Of a stretch of DNA of 64,000 nt, positions 1 to 10,529 are shown piece after piece (within the stretch, counting starts at the first letter, position 1; each line of letters starts with the position of its first letter). Under the pieces are notes generated by a model. The model saw only the letters and a list, made by a program, of their open reading frames with translations, had not been told where the DNA came from and did no database searches. The DNA is from an uncultured cyanobacterium (GTDB lineage Bacteria > Cyanobacteriota > Cyanobacteriia > CAKZMO01), in NCBI GenBank assembly GCA_963719515.1, contig CAVRCJ010000010.1, positions 32,001 through 96,000 of the forward strand, written 5' to 3'. The position numbers and the translations under genes were made by a program.

Positions 1-353
1 ACGCGAATCTGGACGATGCGGGCTCGGGTGTGGGCGGCCTCGGTGACGATGCCCACCTGCGCCCCGGTGAGGGAGACCGCTGAATGACCCTCGGCCTGGA
101 TGGCCATACTCAGCAGCGCAATCGACACCTGCTCCCCGGTGGACAGCAGCATATCCATCTCGCGGCGGCTGGGGGAGGGCGTAATGTCGTTGGCTAGCTT
201 CACCAGCTGGTCTGTGGTTTTGCCCATAGCTGACACCACCACCACCAGCGAGTGGCCCGCTGCTGCGGTCTGTACAGCCCGCTTCGCTACCGCCTGAATG
301 CGCTCGACGGTGCCGACGGAGGTGCCGCCAAATTTTTGAACGATGAGTCCCAT
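1..353 (-). CDS. lysC: Aspartate kinase, N-terminal part (runs off window start)
   Basis: Manual reverse translation from ATG at 353: [14 protein letters not shown]...[14 protein letters not shown]...[14 protein letters not shown], the aspartokinase signature. Not in the ORF track. Confidence 0.93.
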   Translation of the reverse strand, partial: MGLIVQKFGGTSVGTVERIQAVAKRAVQTAAAGHSLVVVVSAMGKTTDQLVKLANDITPSPSRREMDMLLSTGEQVSIALLSMAIQAEGHSAVSLTGAQVGIVTEAAHTRARIVQIR

Positions 354-450
354 AGTCTTGATGCGTCTTTGGCCAAGATCAATCCAGGTAACTTAATGTA
401 TCATCATCACCCGGCGACTCTCGCCACCTTGTTGCACTAGGTTACACGCT

Positions 451-1845
451 ATGGCTCTCATCATTGCAGGCGATCGCAGCGGCGTCGGCAAAACCACGAT
501 TACCCTGGCGCTGCTGGCCGGTCTGCGTCACCTGTTCCCCCATCAGCCGGTGCAGAGCTTTAAGGTGGGCCCCGACTATATTGACCCCATGTTTCACGGG
601 GCTATCACCGGGCGGCCCTGCCGCAACCTGGACCCGGTGCTCACCTCAGAAGACTACGTCCGGGAGTGCTTTGCTGCCCATAGTCAAACCGCCCACTACA
701 GCGTAGTAGAGGGGGTGATGGGGCTGTTCGACGGGGCTGGGGCCACCGACACCGCCAGCACCGCCCATGTGGCCAAGCTGCTGGGAGGGTCCGTGCTGCT
801 AGTGCTCGACGCCCAGCGCACCTCCCGCTCCATTGCCGCCCTCGCTCACGGGTTCTGCAGCTTCGACCCTGCCGTCACCATAGCGGGGGTGGTGCTCAAC
901 CGGGTGGGGAGCGATCGCCACTGCGACCTGCTCAAGGCGGCGCTAGCCTCTATCAATCTGCCCGTGCTGGGGGTGCTGCGGCGAGAAGCGGCGATCGCCC
1001 TGCCCTCGCGCCATTTGGGGCTAGTGCCTACAGCTGAGCTGACAATTCAGCCTGTGTTAGATCGGCTGGTTCAGCTCGGCAAGACCGCCTTTGATTGGGA
1101 GCGACTGCTGCCGTTGCTCACCTGTCCTCCCAGCCCACCCTCAGGATCGACGCCGCTGGCGAACAGGCCTTGTCAGACCTCAAAGTCGCCTGCCCTGCGT
1201 CTCGCGATCGCCTCCGACGCCGCCTTTAGCTTCTACTACGCCGATAATTTAGATCTGCTGTCGCGCCGCGCTGAGCTAGTCCCCTGGAGCCCGCTGCGCG
1301 ACCCGCTACCGCCCGATGTCCACGGCCTTTATTTGGGGGGCGGGTTTCCGGAGATGTTTGCGGCGCAGCTGGCGGAGAACCGGGAGGCGAGCGATCGCCT
1401 GCGCCAGCTGGCTCTGGGCGGGCTTCCGGTTTACGCCGAGTGCGGCGGGCTGATGTATCTGTGCGAAAGGCTGACGGACCTGGAGGGCAAAATTCACGCT
1501 ATGGCGGGGCTGATTCCGGCGGCGGTGGCTATGGAGCCTCGCCTCACTTTGGGCTACCGCAGGGCTACTGCCCTAATTGACACCCCGATGGTGCCTAAAG
1601 GCACGGTGGCGTGGGGCCACGAATTTCATCGCTCTCAGGTGGTCTATCAGCCGCAGACCGAGCGGCAGCTATACGCGCTACAGAATTTCGACCAGCAGTC
1701 TCTAGGCCGTGAGGGCTGGTACTCGCCCACCCTTCACGCCTCCTACGTTCACCTCCACTGGGGGGCGGTGCCCGAGCTGCCACAGCGATTTCTGCAGGTT
1801 TGTGATCGCTACGCTGATCAAAATCACGCGCTAGGGGTGATGTAG
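451..1845 (+). CDS. cobB: Cobyrinate a,c-diamide synthase
   Basis: SGVGKTT P-loop, FKVGPDYIDP, VEGVMGLFDG, C-terminal GATase motifs YAECGGLMYL and GHEFH. Confidence 0.95.
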   Translation: MALIIAGDRSGVGKTTITLALLAGLRHLFPHQPVQSFKVGPDYIDPMFHGAITGRPCRNLDPVLTSEDYVRECFAAHSQTAHYSVVEGVMGLFDGAGATDTASTAHVAKLLGGSVLLVLDAQRTSRSIAALAHGFCSFDPAVTIAGVVLNRVGSDRHCDLLKAALASINLPVLGVLRREAAIALPSRHLGLVPTAELTIQPVLDRLVQLGKTAFDWERLLPLLTCPPSPPSGSTPLANRPCQTSKSPALRLAIASDAAFSFYYADNLDLLSRRAELVPWSPLRDPLPPDVHGLYLGGGFPEMFAAQLAENREASDRLRQLALGGLPVYAECGGLMYLCERLTDLEGKIHAMAGLIPAAVAMEPRLTLGYRRATALIDTPMVPKGTVAWGHEFHRSQVVYQPQTERQLYALQNFDQQSLGREGWYSPTLHASYVHLHWGAVPELPQRFLQVCDRYADQNHALGVM

Positions 1846-1906
1846 TCTAGTGAACCGAGCGAGGCGCTAATCCATACTGAGGTCAGCGAGGCATTGAGAG
1901 AGAGCA

Positions 1907-2107
1907 ATGACAAACCAAACCGGCGAAGCAACGAAGAACACAACGGTAATGACGCGGCTGGTTCAGGCAGCTGTCCTGACGCTGCTGCTGCAGCTCATCT
2001 CCCAGTTCTACCCCTCTACCCTGACTCGGACCTCCTCCCTACAGCTACAGGAGATCAACGAGACCCTGCTTGCTTGGGAGCGCACCCCAGACCGCGAGGC
2101 GCGGTGA
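1907..2107 (+). CDS. Small hypothetical protein (66 aa) with one hydrophobic segment
   Basis: ATG preceded by purine-rich GAGAGAG; LVQAAVLTLLLQLISQFY hydrophobic stretch; no family recognised. Confidence 0.4.
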   Translation: MTNQTGEATKNTTVMTRLVQAAVLTLLLQLISQFYPSTLTRTSSLQLQEINETLLAWERTPDREAR

Positions 2108-2112
2108 AGCGC

Positions 2113-2206
2113 CTGTGCCGTTGACTTTGTACTGCCAACGCTGTGCCGCTGACTTTGTACTGCCAACGCTGTGCCGCTGACTTTGTACTGCCAACGCTGT
2201 GCCGCT
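2113..2206. repeat. 28-bp tandem repeat, ~3.3 copies (CTGTGCCGCTGACTTTGTACTGCCAACG)
   Basis: CTGTGCCG recurs at 2113, 2141, 2169 and 2197 with near-identical intervening sequence. Confidence 0.95.
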
Positions 2207-2350
2207 AACATTGGATTTGCTGCCTGACGGGCCTACGTTCGAGAAATTTCCTCGCTAAAGAAATGGGTCATCACGGGTGATCACTGAATTATCACTGAAC
2301 CCGCTACCATAGATGGCGTAAGCCCACTCTCTACTCCAATCGGGTTCATC

Positions 2351-3757
2351 ATGGTAGATCTCCTCAATCGCCCTACCCCTGCCCTGCCGACCGGACCTCG
2401 TAGCTCTCCCGCCCGGCAAATCTTTAACTGGCTTACCCGGCCCTATCCTTTTTTAGACGACTGCGCTCAGAAATTTGGCGATACCTTTACCCTACGATTT
2501 TGGGGGCTAGAGCCCATCGTCTTCTGCAGTAATCCTAAAGTCATTCAATCTATCTTCCGGGCCGGACCCAATCGCTTCACGGCGGGCAGCAGCAACAAAA
2601 TTGCTCGCCCGCTGGTGGGAGACGCCTCAATTCTTCTGCTTGACGGCGATCGCCACCGCCGTCAGCGTCAGCTGCTGATGCCGCCCTTCCACGGTGAGCG
2701 CATGCGCACCTACAGCGCGACCATTTACGACATCACGGCCCGCGTCTCCCAAAGCTGGAGCCAGGGCGATCGCGTTCCCGTGCGCCCCGTCATCCAGGAC
2801 ATTTCCCTGCGGGTGATTTTAGAGGCGGTGTTTGGTCTGCATGAGGGTGACGCCCTAGAGCGGCTAGCGACCCTCACTAGTGAAATGCTGGATACCACCA
2901 GCTCTCCCCTCAGCTCGTCGATGCTGTTTCTCCCCGGACTGCAGCGCGATTTGGGGGCTTGGAGCCCCTGGGGCCAGTTCCTTCAGCGGCGATCGCAGAT
3001 TGACAAAATTCTCTACCAGCAGATTGAGGCGCGGCGCCGCGCCATCGAGGCAGGGCAGCAGTCGAACGATATTTTGTCGATGCTGCTAGAAGCCCGTGAC
3101 GAGGCGGGTAACCCCATGACGGATTCAGAGCTGCGGGACGAGCTGATTACGCTCCTCGTCGCGGGGCATGAGACAACGGCCTCCTCTTTGGCCTGGGCGC
3201 TGTACTGGCTGCACCGCGACCCTCAAATCTTGTCCACCCTGCGCAACGAGCTCGCCACTGTGGATGTTGACGCCACGGGTGACCCTATGACGCTGATGCG
3301 GCTCCCTTACCTAAACGCGGTGTGCCAAGAAGCGCTGCGGCTTTATCCGGTGGTACCCATCACCTTCCCCCGCCGCGTTATGGAGCAGCCCTTTGAGTTT
3401 GAGGGACACCTGCTGCCGGTGGATAGCTTGGTTGCCCCCTGCCCCTACCTCACCCATCAGCGGCCAGATCTCTACCCAGAACCTAAGCGCTTCCGCCCCG
3501 AGCGCTTTCTAGAGCGGGAGTTTTCGGCCTATGAGTTCATTACCTTTGGGGGCGGCAACCGTCAGTGCATCGGCATGGCCTTTGCCCTATTCGAGATGAA
3601 GATCGTGCTGGCAACGCTGCTCCAGCGCTATGAGTTTACCCTGGCTCAAGCTCAGGATATCAAGCCCGTGCGCCGGGGGCTTACCGTCGCGCCGCCGCCG
3701 TTTCAGCTGACGGTAGCTCAGCGCCTTGAGGGGCGACTGAAGAGGCATGGGCAGTAG
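2351..3757 (+). CDS. Cytochrome P450 (CYP110-like)
   Basis: AGHETTA I-helix, EALR ExxR, PERF, heme motif [10 protein letters not shown]. Confidence 0.95.
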   Translation: MVDLLNRPTPALPTGPRSSPARQIFNWLTRPYPFLDDCAQKFGDTFTLRFWGLEPIVFCSNPKVIQSIFRAGPNRFTAGSSNKIARPLVGDASILLLDGDRHRRQRQLLMPPFHGERMRTYSATIYDITARVSQSWSQGDRVPVRPVIQDISLRVILEAVFGLHEGDALERLATLTSEMLDTTSSPLSSSMLFLPGLQRDLGAWSPWGQFLQRRSQIDKILYQQIEARRRAIEAGQQSNDILSMLLEARDEAGNPMTDSELRDELITLLVAGHETTASSLAWALYWLHRDPQILSTLRNELATVDVDATGDPMTLMRLPYLNAVCQEALRLYPVVPITFPRRVMEQPFEFEGHLLPVDSLVAPCPYLTHQRPDLYPEPKRFRPERFLEREFSAYEFITFGGGNRQCIGMAFALFEMKIVLATLLQRYEFTLAQAQDIKPVRRGLTVAPPPFQLTVAQRLEGRLKRHGQ

Positions 3758-4442
3758 CGCCCCTTCCCTGTGCCATCTCCACTGTCCGGGCCGGGTTGAT
3801 TACCAAACCGCCTGGGACTGGCAGCGATCGCTCTTGAACCAGCGGCGGCACAATCCGGACCTGCCCGATATGCTGCTGCTGCTGGAGCACCCGCCCACCT
3901 ATACCCTGGGCCAGGGCTCCTCCCTAGAGTTCCTTAAGTTTGATCCCCAGCAGTCAGAAGTCGCGCTGTTTCGGACGGAGCGGGGCGGGGAGGTGACCTA
4001 CCATGGTCCCGGGCAGCTGGTGGGCTACCCAATTTTGAACCTGCGCCGCCACCGACAGGACCTGCACTGGTATCTGCGTCAGCTTGAGGCGGTAATTATT
4101 CAGGCGATCGCCCCTTACGGTCTGCAGGGAGAGCGAGAGGAGGGACTGACCGGGGTGTGGGTGGCGGGGGAAAAGGTGGCCGCCATCGGCATCAAAGTCA
4201 GCCGCTGGATTACGATGCATGGGTTCGCCATCAACGTCTGCCCGGACCTGGCGGCGTTTGAAAAGATCGTGCCCTGCGGCATTGGCGATCGCTCGGCGGG
4301 CAGCCTGGAGCGCTGGGTTCCCGGCCTAGAGGTTGCCACCGTACAGCAGCAGGTGTGCTGCTCCTTTGAGCAGGTGTTTAACCTCTCCCTGCAGAGCATT
4401 TCAGAATTGGATCTCCACAGCGTTAGCCCCAGCTCACCATGA
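3747..4442 (+). CDS. lipB: Lipoyl(octanoyl) transferase
   Basis: [45 protein letters not shown]. Confidence 0.95.
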   Translation: MGSSAPSLCHLHCPGRVDYQTAWDWQRSLLNQRRHNPDLPDMLLLLEHPPTYTLGQGSSLEFLKFDPQQSEVALFRTERGGEVTYHGPGQLVGYPILNLRRHRQDLHWYLRQLEAVIIQAIAPYGLQGEREEGLTGVWVAGEKVAAIGIKVSRWITMHGFAINVCPDLAAFEKIVPCGIGDRSAGSLERWVPGLEVATVQQQVCCSFEQVFNLSLQSISELDLHSVSPSSP

Positions 4443-5458
4443 ATACCCTCCCCCTCCCTCCCCACTACAGCCCTGAGCGGGTCGCCGAAGTGTGGCGAGT
4501 GCCCTATCAGACGCGATCGCAGGACGCCCGGGCCTGGCGCGACGAGTACGGCATCGCTGCCGCTGCCGCTGATGAACTGCGGGTGGGGCTGCTGCTAATC
4601 GATGTGCAAAACACGTTTTGTATTCCCGGCTTTGAGCTGTTTGTGGGCGGGCAATCGGGGAACGGTGCGGTGGACGACAACCGGCGGCTGTGTGAGTTTA
4701 TCTACCGTAATCTGGGCGGCATCACCCAGATTTTAGCGACGATGGATACCCACACCGCCGCGCAGATCTTTCATCCTGTATTTTGGGTCAACCCCGAGGG
4801 GGCGCATCCCGAGCCCATGACCGCCATTTCAGCTGAGGCTGTGGAGCAGGGCCGGTGGCGGGTGAACCCTGCGGTTGCCGCTCTCTCCCCCAAAGGGCTG
4901 GGCTGGCTGCAGAACTACGCCCATCACTACGTCAAAACCCTAGCGTCCAACAGCAAGTATCCCCTGATCGTTTGGCCCTATCACGCCATGGTGGGGGGCA
5001 TCAGTCACGCTTTGGTGGCTGCTGTGGAAGAGGCCTGCCTGTTCCACAACTTTGCCCGCAGCAGCCCTACCCACTTCGAGCAGAAGGGCAGCAACCCGCT
5101 GACGGAAAACTATTCGGCGCTGCGGCCCGAGGTGCTGGCCGACCAGGCGGGAGAGGCGATCGCCTCCCTCAACGCCGCCTTTTTGGATCGCCTGCTCAGC
5201 TTTGACCGCCTGATCGTGGCAGGGCAAGCCCAGAGCCACTGCGTCGCCTGGACGGTGGATGACCTGCTAACAGACCTGCTGGCCAAGACCCCTGAGCTTG
5301 TGGGACGGATTTACCTGCTGGAGGACTGCACCTCGGCGGTGATAGCACCGGGAGCCGACTTCACGGAGCAGGCTGATAGCGCCTTTCAGCGCTTTGCGGC
5401 GGCGGGAATGCACCGCGTGAAGTCGACTGACTGTATGAAGGAATGGCTAGGAATGTAG
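4439..5458 (+). CDS. Isochorismatase/nicotinamidase-family cysteine hydrolase
   Basis: [23 protein letters not shown] motifs; ATGA overlap with lipB. Confidence 0.85.
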   Translation: MNTLPLPPHYSPERVAEVWRVPYQTRSQDARAWRDEYGIAAAAADELRVGLLLIDVQNTFCIPGFELFVGGQSGNGAVDDNRRLCEFIYRNLGGITQILATMDTHTAAQIFHPVFWVNPEGAHPEPMTAISAEAVEQGRWRVNPAVAALSPKGLGWLQNYAHHYVKTLASNSKYPLIVWPYHAMVGGISHALVAAVEEACLFHNFARSSPTHFEQKGSNPLTENYSALRPEVLADQAGEAIASLNAAFLDRLLSFDRLIVAGQAQSHCVAWTVDDLLTDLLAKTPELVGRIYLLEDCTSAVIAPGADFTEQADSAFQRFAAAGMHRVKSTDCMKEWLGM

Positions 5459-5520
5459 AGGATTAACAGAACATGCGCCGACAATAGGACTGATAACCAA
5501 CTTGAGCACGGGAGCTTGCT

Positions 5521-7080
5521 ATGGCGTTTCTCAGTACGGCGGGCGGAGCGGGTGGCGTTAGAGTCGATGTCGATGCCTATGGGTCTTTTGGGTCCGGGGT
5601 TGGCGTTGGGGTAAGCGATGCCATCTATGACCCCGTTGGCAGCCTCGGACCGGCGGGAACAGTGTTTGAGTCTGGTGTGGCTATTGGGCTTGACGCCGCC
5701 GATACTCGAACAGTTCTGACGACGGGCCTAATCGGGGATGTAGAGGGTTTGGTGGACCCGGGCTTTGTTTCTACTATCGGCGCTGCTGGCGTCGTCAGCG
5801 TCTTTGAGTTCGGCAGCTTGGGGTTTGGGCTCAATCAAGACACGACCGATCTGGTTAATTCTGCCGGCGATCGCACCGGTAGCCAGATCACCCAAATCTA
5901 CACAATTACCAATAGGGCCGCCCAAACCGTCAGCTTTGACCTGTTCCGATACCTAGACGGCGATTTGCTCTTTGACGACACCTCTTTTGATAGGGGCGGC
6001 CTATTTATTGATGGCGACCGGGAGCTCTTATTTCAGATTGACGCCGGCGGCAATCCCGCTATCGGGACGACCCTTGTGGGCATTACGGCTGAAGGCGGAG
6101 ACACCAGCGGCCCCGGACGCTTCGAGCTCAACGCCTTTCCTGACGTAAAGCTTGGCATTATCGATGGCAACGACCTAACGGACACCCTCGCAGGGGACGG
6201 CCCAGATGCCGACCGGTTCGTTGATGCTGGGAACGCTCTAGACGCCACCCTTGCCCTTAGAAATGACTTTGTGCTGGCACCGGGGGCGATCGCGACCTAC
6301 ACGACCACAACCCGATTTGGCACCGGAACCCCGGCAGCTGTCGCCCGATCATCAGGCTCCGCCAGGGTGCTCGTCATTGGCACGGCACGCTCTGATACTC
6401 TCGATGGAACCTCCGGGGACGAAGACTTTCGCGGCCTTGCCGGTGACGACTTTATAGTCGCTCTAGGGGGGAATGATCGCGTTCTGGGAGGCCTTGGAAA
6501 CGATGGCATTGCGGGCAACGGTGGTGACGACATTCTTTTGGGTAATGGCGGCAGCGATCGCCTTGCGGGCAACGGCGGCAGCGACCGAATTCTGGGGGGC
6601 TTTGGCAATGACCAAGCCCTGGGCGGCAGCGGCGACGATTTAATCAGGGCGGGTTTGGGCGACGATAGGGTCGTCGGAGGGAACGGCGACGATGAGCTGT
6701 TGGGCAACCGAGGAGCCGATCGGATCGTCGGCGGCGCTGGGGACGATCGGATCATTGGCGGCTTCGACAGCGATCGGATTACGGGGGGTGGCGGCAGCGA
6801 TACGATGGTCTATCGCAGCATTCGAGACGGCTTCGATACCATCACTGACTTTGAACTGGGTACCGATCTCATTGACGTGAGGCGGCTGTTGAGACGCTCT
6901 GGTCTGACCGCTGGGGCTAGCGCCCTAGGGAATGCGATTCAGCTGGGCGGCGGCGACAATCGCACCGTTGTCTCGTTCGATCGCGATGGCGCTGATGGCA
7001 GCAGAGATCCGCTACGTCTAGCGGTTTTGGCCGGGGTCAGTCTATCAGCAGTCAGCGCCGAGAGCTTCGTTTTCGCCTAG
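5521..7080 (+). CDS. Calcium-binding RTX-repeat protein, probably secreted
   Basis: Long run of GGxGxD nonapeptide repeats in the C-terminal half, then a DTITDF...DLID tail; no signal peptide. Confidence 0.85.
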   Translation: MAFLSTAGGAGGVRVDVDAYGSFGSGVGVGVSDAIYDPVGSLGPAGTVFESGVAIGLDAADTRTVLTTGLIGDVEGLVDPGFVSTIGAAGVVSVFEFGSLGFGLNQDTTDLVNSAGDRTGSQITQIYTITNRAAQTVSFDLFRYLDGDLLFDDTSFDRGGLFIDGDRELLFQIDAGGNPAIGTTLVGITAEGGDTSGPGRFELNAFPDVKLGIIDGNDLTDTLAGDGPDADRFVDAGNALDATLALRNDFVLAPGAIATYTTTTRFGTGTPAAVARSSGSARVLVIGTARSDTLDGTSGDEDFRGLAGDDFIVALGGNDRVLGGLGNDGIAGNGGDDILLGNGGSDRLAGNGGSDRILGGFGNDQALGGSGDDLIRAGLGDDRVVGGNGDDELLGNRGADRIVGGAGDDRIIGGFDSDRITGGGGSDTMVYRSIRDGFDTITDFELGTDLIDVRRLLRRSGLTAGASALGNAIQLGGGDNRTVVSFDRDGADGSRDPLRLAVLAGVSLSAVSAESFVFA

Positions 7081-7815
7081 ATTTGAGCCGTTGCCTGGGG
7101 AATCACCGTGGTGGCGGACCGCCGCTGCCGTGACCAGGTTGACCAAGCCCTCGACCATGCGATCGCGCTCTAGCGGCAAGATGTCGCTCCCGTTCATCAC
7201 GTTTTGCACAATGAGGTAATGCACCAAAGAACCGGCAAAGATGCGCGCCGCTACCATTGGGTCGGGAAGGTTGAGCTGCGGTTGCGAGGCGAGGTAGGCG
7301 GCGAGCTGCTCTAGCAGAGGCTTTTGGATATCTCGCACAAAGGTCTGGGCTAGGTGGGGAAAGCGCTCAGACTCCCCAATTATCAGCCGCATTAAGGTCA
7401 ATAGCGCCTGGTTTCCAGAGAACTCTTCCAGCACGGATGTGGCCATCTGCCGCAGCATCTGCGCCGGTTCGGCTTGGGCATCGGGACTTGTCGGCAAGCT
7501 AAACAAAATTCGGTTGCTGCGCTGCGTGAGCTTTTGAATCAGAGCCACGAACAGCCCTTCTTTGTCTTGAAAGTAGCTGTATAGGGTTGGTTTCGAGACC
7601 CCCGCCGCTGCCGCAATCCGATTCATGCTGGCGGCCGCGTAGCCGTCCGCCATGAAAACCTGCAGAGCGCCTGTGAGAATTGCCTCTGCTTTATCGGATT
7701 TTTGCTTACTTGACGGTCTGAAGGAAGGGGCGGACTCAAGGGGGTTGTTCAAAGGGATTAGGGACGTGGGTAGGGGATAGCTTGCGGTTTTGGTTAGCGC
7801 TGGGCGGTACCCCAC
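7045..7815 (-). CDS. TetR/AcrR family regulator (start uncertain, possibly TTG 7752)
   Basis: HTH SMNRIAAAAGVSKPTLYSYFQDKEGLF; divergent from devBCA-type operon. Confidence 0.92.
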   Translation of the reverse strand: MGYRPALTKTASYPLPTSLIPLNNPLESAPSFRPSSKQKSDKAEAILTGALQVFMADGYAAASMNRIAAAAGVSKPTLYSYFQDKEGLFVALIQKLTQRSNRILFSLPTSPDAQAEPAQMLRQMATSVLEEFSGNQALLTLMRLIIGESERFPHLAQTFVRDIQKPLLEQLAAYLASQPQLNLPDPMVAARIFAGSLVHYLIVQNVMNGSDILPLERDRMVEGLVNLVTAAAVRHHGDSPGNGSNLGENEALGADC

Positions 7816-7857
7816 ATTGTATACAACTGGCTTATCACCAAGGTGACGTGCCTGGAC

Positions 7858-7885
7858 TTGACTTTACCAAACGGTTTAGTAAAAT
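7858..7885 (+). promoter_or_regulatory. Putative sigma70 promoter (TTGACT-16-TAAAAT) overlapped by a 21-bp palindromic TetR operator
   Basis: TTTACCAAAC-G-GTTTAGTAAA at 7863-7883 (9/10 arm match) lies across the -35/-10 spacer. Confidence 0.7.
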
Positions 7886-7926
7886 AGAGCTATAGCTTTT
7901 CTCGTGCTGAAGGTTGGGAGACCCCT

Positions 7927-9126
7927 ATGAGCTTAAACGCGGCGAGCCACCCCACTACAGCAGCCCTACCCCCTCGACGCTGGCTTGTCTTAGGGGCTGC
8001 CATACTCTGCCTGACTGGTGTCCTCGCTTGGGGTACCGACCGCTTTCGGATTGCTGCGGTCGACGAGGCCCTTGTGGAACCCCCGTCAGTGCCGCTCCAG
8101 ACCGTCACCGCTTTGGGACGACTGGAGCCTGCGGGGGAGATTATCTATTTGACGGCACCCACCTCAACCCAGGAGAGCCGCATCGCCGAACTCCGAGTGG
8201 CTGAGGGCGATCGCGTCGAGGTAGGCCAAATTATTGCCGTGTTGGACAATCGCGATCGCCTGCAGGCCGCTTTGCAGCGGGCGGAAGAGCAGGTCAAAGT
8301 CGCTCAAGCCCGGCGTGAGCAAGTGGAGGCAGGCGCTAAAACGGGGGAGATTCAGGCGCAGCGATCTGAGATTGCTCGCCTGGAGGCAGAGCTAGCCGGC
8401 AACGTAAATACCCAGCGGGCGGCGATTGCCCGCTTTGAGGCGGTGGTCGAGAACGCCCGCGTCGAATACCAGCGGTACAGCGCGCTGCAGGACGAGGGAG
8501 CGGTTTCGGCCTCCGAGCGTGACGCCCGGCAGCTCACCTACCGTACGGCTCAGCGTCAGCGCCAGGAGGCTGAAGCGGCGCTGGCGCGAATTGAAGCGGC
8601 GGGCCAGGCTCAGCTTGCCCAAGCTCGCGCCACCCTAGACCAAATTTCCGAGGTGCGGCCTGTAGACGTGACGGCCTCAGCCGCTGAGGTGCGCTCTGCC
8701 CTATCCTCGGTGGCTGAGGCGAAGGCCCAGCTGGAGCAGACGCTAGTGCGATCGCCTCAGGACGGCCAAATCATCGAAATCTTCACCCATCCTGGAGAAA
8801 CCGTTGCCGAGCAGGGCATTGCCACCCTAGGGCAAACCCAGCAAATGATGGCGATCGCGGAGGTGTACCAAAACGATGTTTTTCAGGTCTCGGTAGGCCA
8901 GCCGGTGACGGTGACCTCCCCCGCTCTTCCCGGCTCTCTCCAGGGCACCGTTGAGCGTATCGGGCTACAGGTGGGGCAGCAGCGGGTGGTCGATGAAGAT
9001 CCCGCTGCCAACATCGACGCCAGAGTGGTGGAAGTCCACATCCGTCTCGACCCAGAGGCGAGCGAGCGGGTAGCGAAGCTAAGCAACCTGCAGGTTACGG
9101 CCACGATTCAAACCGGTCACGATTGA
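7927..9126 (+). CDS. devB: DevB-family ABC exporter membrane fusion protein
   Basis: N-terminal TM, VTALGRLEP, coiled coil, AEVYQ, RVVEVHIRL. Confidence 0.88.
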   Translation: MSLNAASHPTTAALPPRRWLVLGAAILCLTGVLAWGTDRFRIAAVDEALVEPPSVPLQTVTALGRLEPAGEIIYLTAPTSTQESRIAELRVAEGDRVEVGQIIAVLDNRDRLQAALQRAEEQVKVAQARREQVEAGAKTGEIQAQRSEIARLEAELAGNVNTQRAAIARFEAVVENARVEYQRYSALQDEGAVSASERDARQLTYRTAQRQRQEAEAALARIEAAGQAQLAQARATLDQISEVRPVDVTASAAEVRSALSSVAEAKAQLEQTLVRSPQDGQIIEIFTHPGETVAEQGIATLGQTQQMMAIAEVYQNDVFQVSVGQPVTVTSPALPGSLQGTVERIGLQVGQQRVVDEDPAANIDARVVEVHIRLDPEASERVAKLSNLQVTATIQTGHD

Positions 9127-9134
9127 AGTCAATG

Positions 9135-9242
9135 TATAGCAAATGTCCTAATGCATTAGGACATTTGCGCACACAGTTGCCTACAGAATCTCGCGGCTTT
9201 TGGCCAATTGTGCTGTCCTAAGCAACTGTGCCAACGCAATAG
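9135..9242. repeat. Dispersed structured repeat, copy 1
   Basis: Perfect 30-bp palindrome GCAAATGTCCTAATGCATTAGGACATTTGC (9139-9168) plus second stem CACAGTTGC/GCAACTGTG; homologous to 28935-29038. Confidence 0.85.
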
Positions 9243-9254
9243 GAGTGATCTACC

Positions 9255-10448
9255 ATGCTGGGCTTACTCAACCGCATTAGTGTCCTCAGAACTCTGCGAC
9301 AGCGCACGCCCCTAGGGCTGAAGCAGCTGAAGCACGACCCGCTGCGGCTGCTGACGGCGATCGCAGGGATTACCTTTGCCGATGTGCTTATCTTCATGCA
9401 GCTGGGCTTTGCCGATGCCCTCTACACCACAAATACCCAATATCCCCGCAGCCTGCAGGCCGACCTAGTTATCGTTAGCACCCAAGCCAAAAACTTCAGC
9501 CAGCTGCGCACCTTTCCCCGGCGACGACTCTATCAGGCCCAAGACGTCCCTGATGTCGCTACGACTGATTCACTCTACGTGGGCTCTGCCGAGTGGCGTA
9601 ATCCCCAAACCCGCGAAGAGACCTCAATGATGGTGCTGGGTCAGAGCCCCGATCGACCGGCGTTTACCCTGCCCGAGGTCAACCAGCAGCTCGATACGCT
9701 TCGCCTACCCGACGCGGTTTTACTTGACCAAGCCTCTCGGGGCGACTACGCAGAGGTGATTGACCAGGTGCAGCAGGGCAATTGGGTCACTACCGAAATT
9801 GGGCTGCGTACCATCACCGTGGCGGGCCTGTTTGAGGTAGGGGCGTCTTTTGCCGACGATGGGGCACTGATCACCAGCGACCAAAACTTTTTGCGGCTGT
9901 TTCCTCGGCGGAGCGCTGGGGCGGTCAGTCTGGGGCTAGTGCGCTTAGCGGCAGGGGCTGACCCGGAGACGGTGAGGACTGACTTGGCGGCGCGGCTGCC
10001 AGGCGACGTGCAGGTGATGACCCACGACGCCTATGTCGACTTTGAGCTGGCAGACATTCAGTCTGAGTCACCCATTGGCTTTGTCTTTGGATTAGGGACG
10101 GCCATGGGGTTCATCGTCGGCGTGGTGATTGTCTACCAGGTGCTCTCCACTGACGTCAACAGCCACCTTGCGGAATACGCGACCTTCAAAGCCATGGGCT
10201 ACCGCAACCGCTATCTGCTGGGGGTGGTGTTTGAAGAGGCTCTAATTTTGTCGCTGTTGGGCTTTGTACCGGGCATGGCGATCGCCTTTGGAGCCTACCA
10301 GCTCACCGCTGCGGCGACGGCGCTACCCATTGCGATGCCCGCCAGCCGCGCCTTACTCGTGTTTTTGCTCACTTTGGGGATGTGTGGCGGATCAGGGGCA
10401 ATAGCCACTCGTCGCCTCCAGGCCGCCGACCCCGCCGACATTTTTTGA
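9255..10448 (+). CDS. devC: DevC-family ABC transporter permease
   Basis: AGITFADVLIFMQLGF, FPRRRLYQA, HLAEYATFKAMGY, ADPADIF end; AGGAG RBS. Confidence 0.92.
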   Translation: MLGLLNRISVLRTLRQRTPLGLKQLKHDPLRLLTAIAGITFADVLIFMQLGFADALYTTNTQYPRSLQADLVIVSTQAKNFSQLRTFPRRRLYQAQDVPDVATTDSLYVGSAEWRNPQTREETSMMVLGQSPDRPAFTLPEVNQQLDTLRLPDAVLLDQASRGDYAEVIDQVQQGNWVTTEIGLRTITVAGLFEVGASFADDGALITSDQNFLRLFPRRSAGAVSLGLVRLAAGADPETVRTDLAARLPGDVQVMTHDAYVDFELADIQSESPIGFVFGLGTAMGFIVGVVIVYQVLSTDVNSHLAEYATFKAMGYRNRYLLGVVFEEALILSLLGFVPGMAIAFGAYQLTAAATALPIAMPASRALLVFLLTLGMCGGSGAIATRRLQAADPADIF

Positions 10449-10472
10449 TATCCCGCATGGCCATCAATATCT

Positions 10473-10500
10473 GTACGGGCGAATGGCCATTCGCCCCCAC
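10473..10500. repeat. REP-like palindrome GTAC-GGGCGAATGGCCATTCGCCC
   Basis: Perfect 20-bp palindrome 10477-10496 with GTAC head, between devC and devA. Confidence 0.7.
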
Positions 10501-10529
10501 CCACCCAACATTCGATATCAATTCAAATT

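Noticed and set aside
2113..2206. 28-bp repeats as a CRISPR array
   Set aside because: Units are contiguous with no unique spacers, and there are no cas genes in the window.
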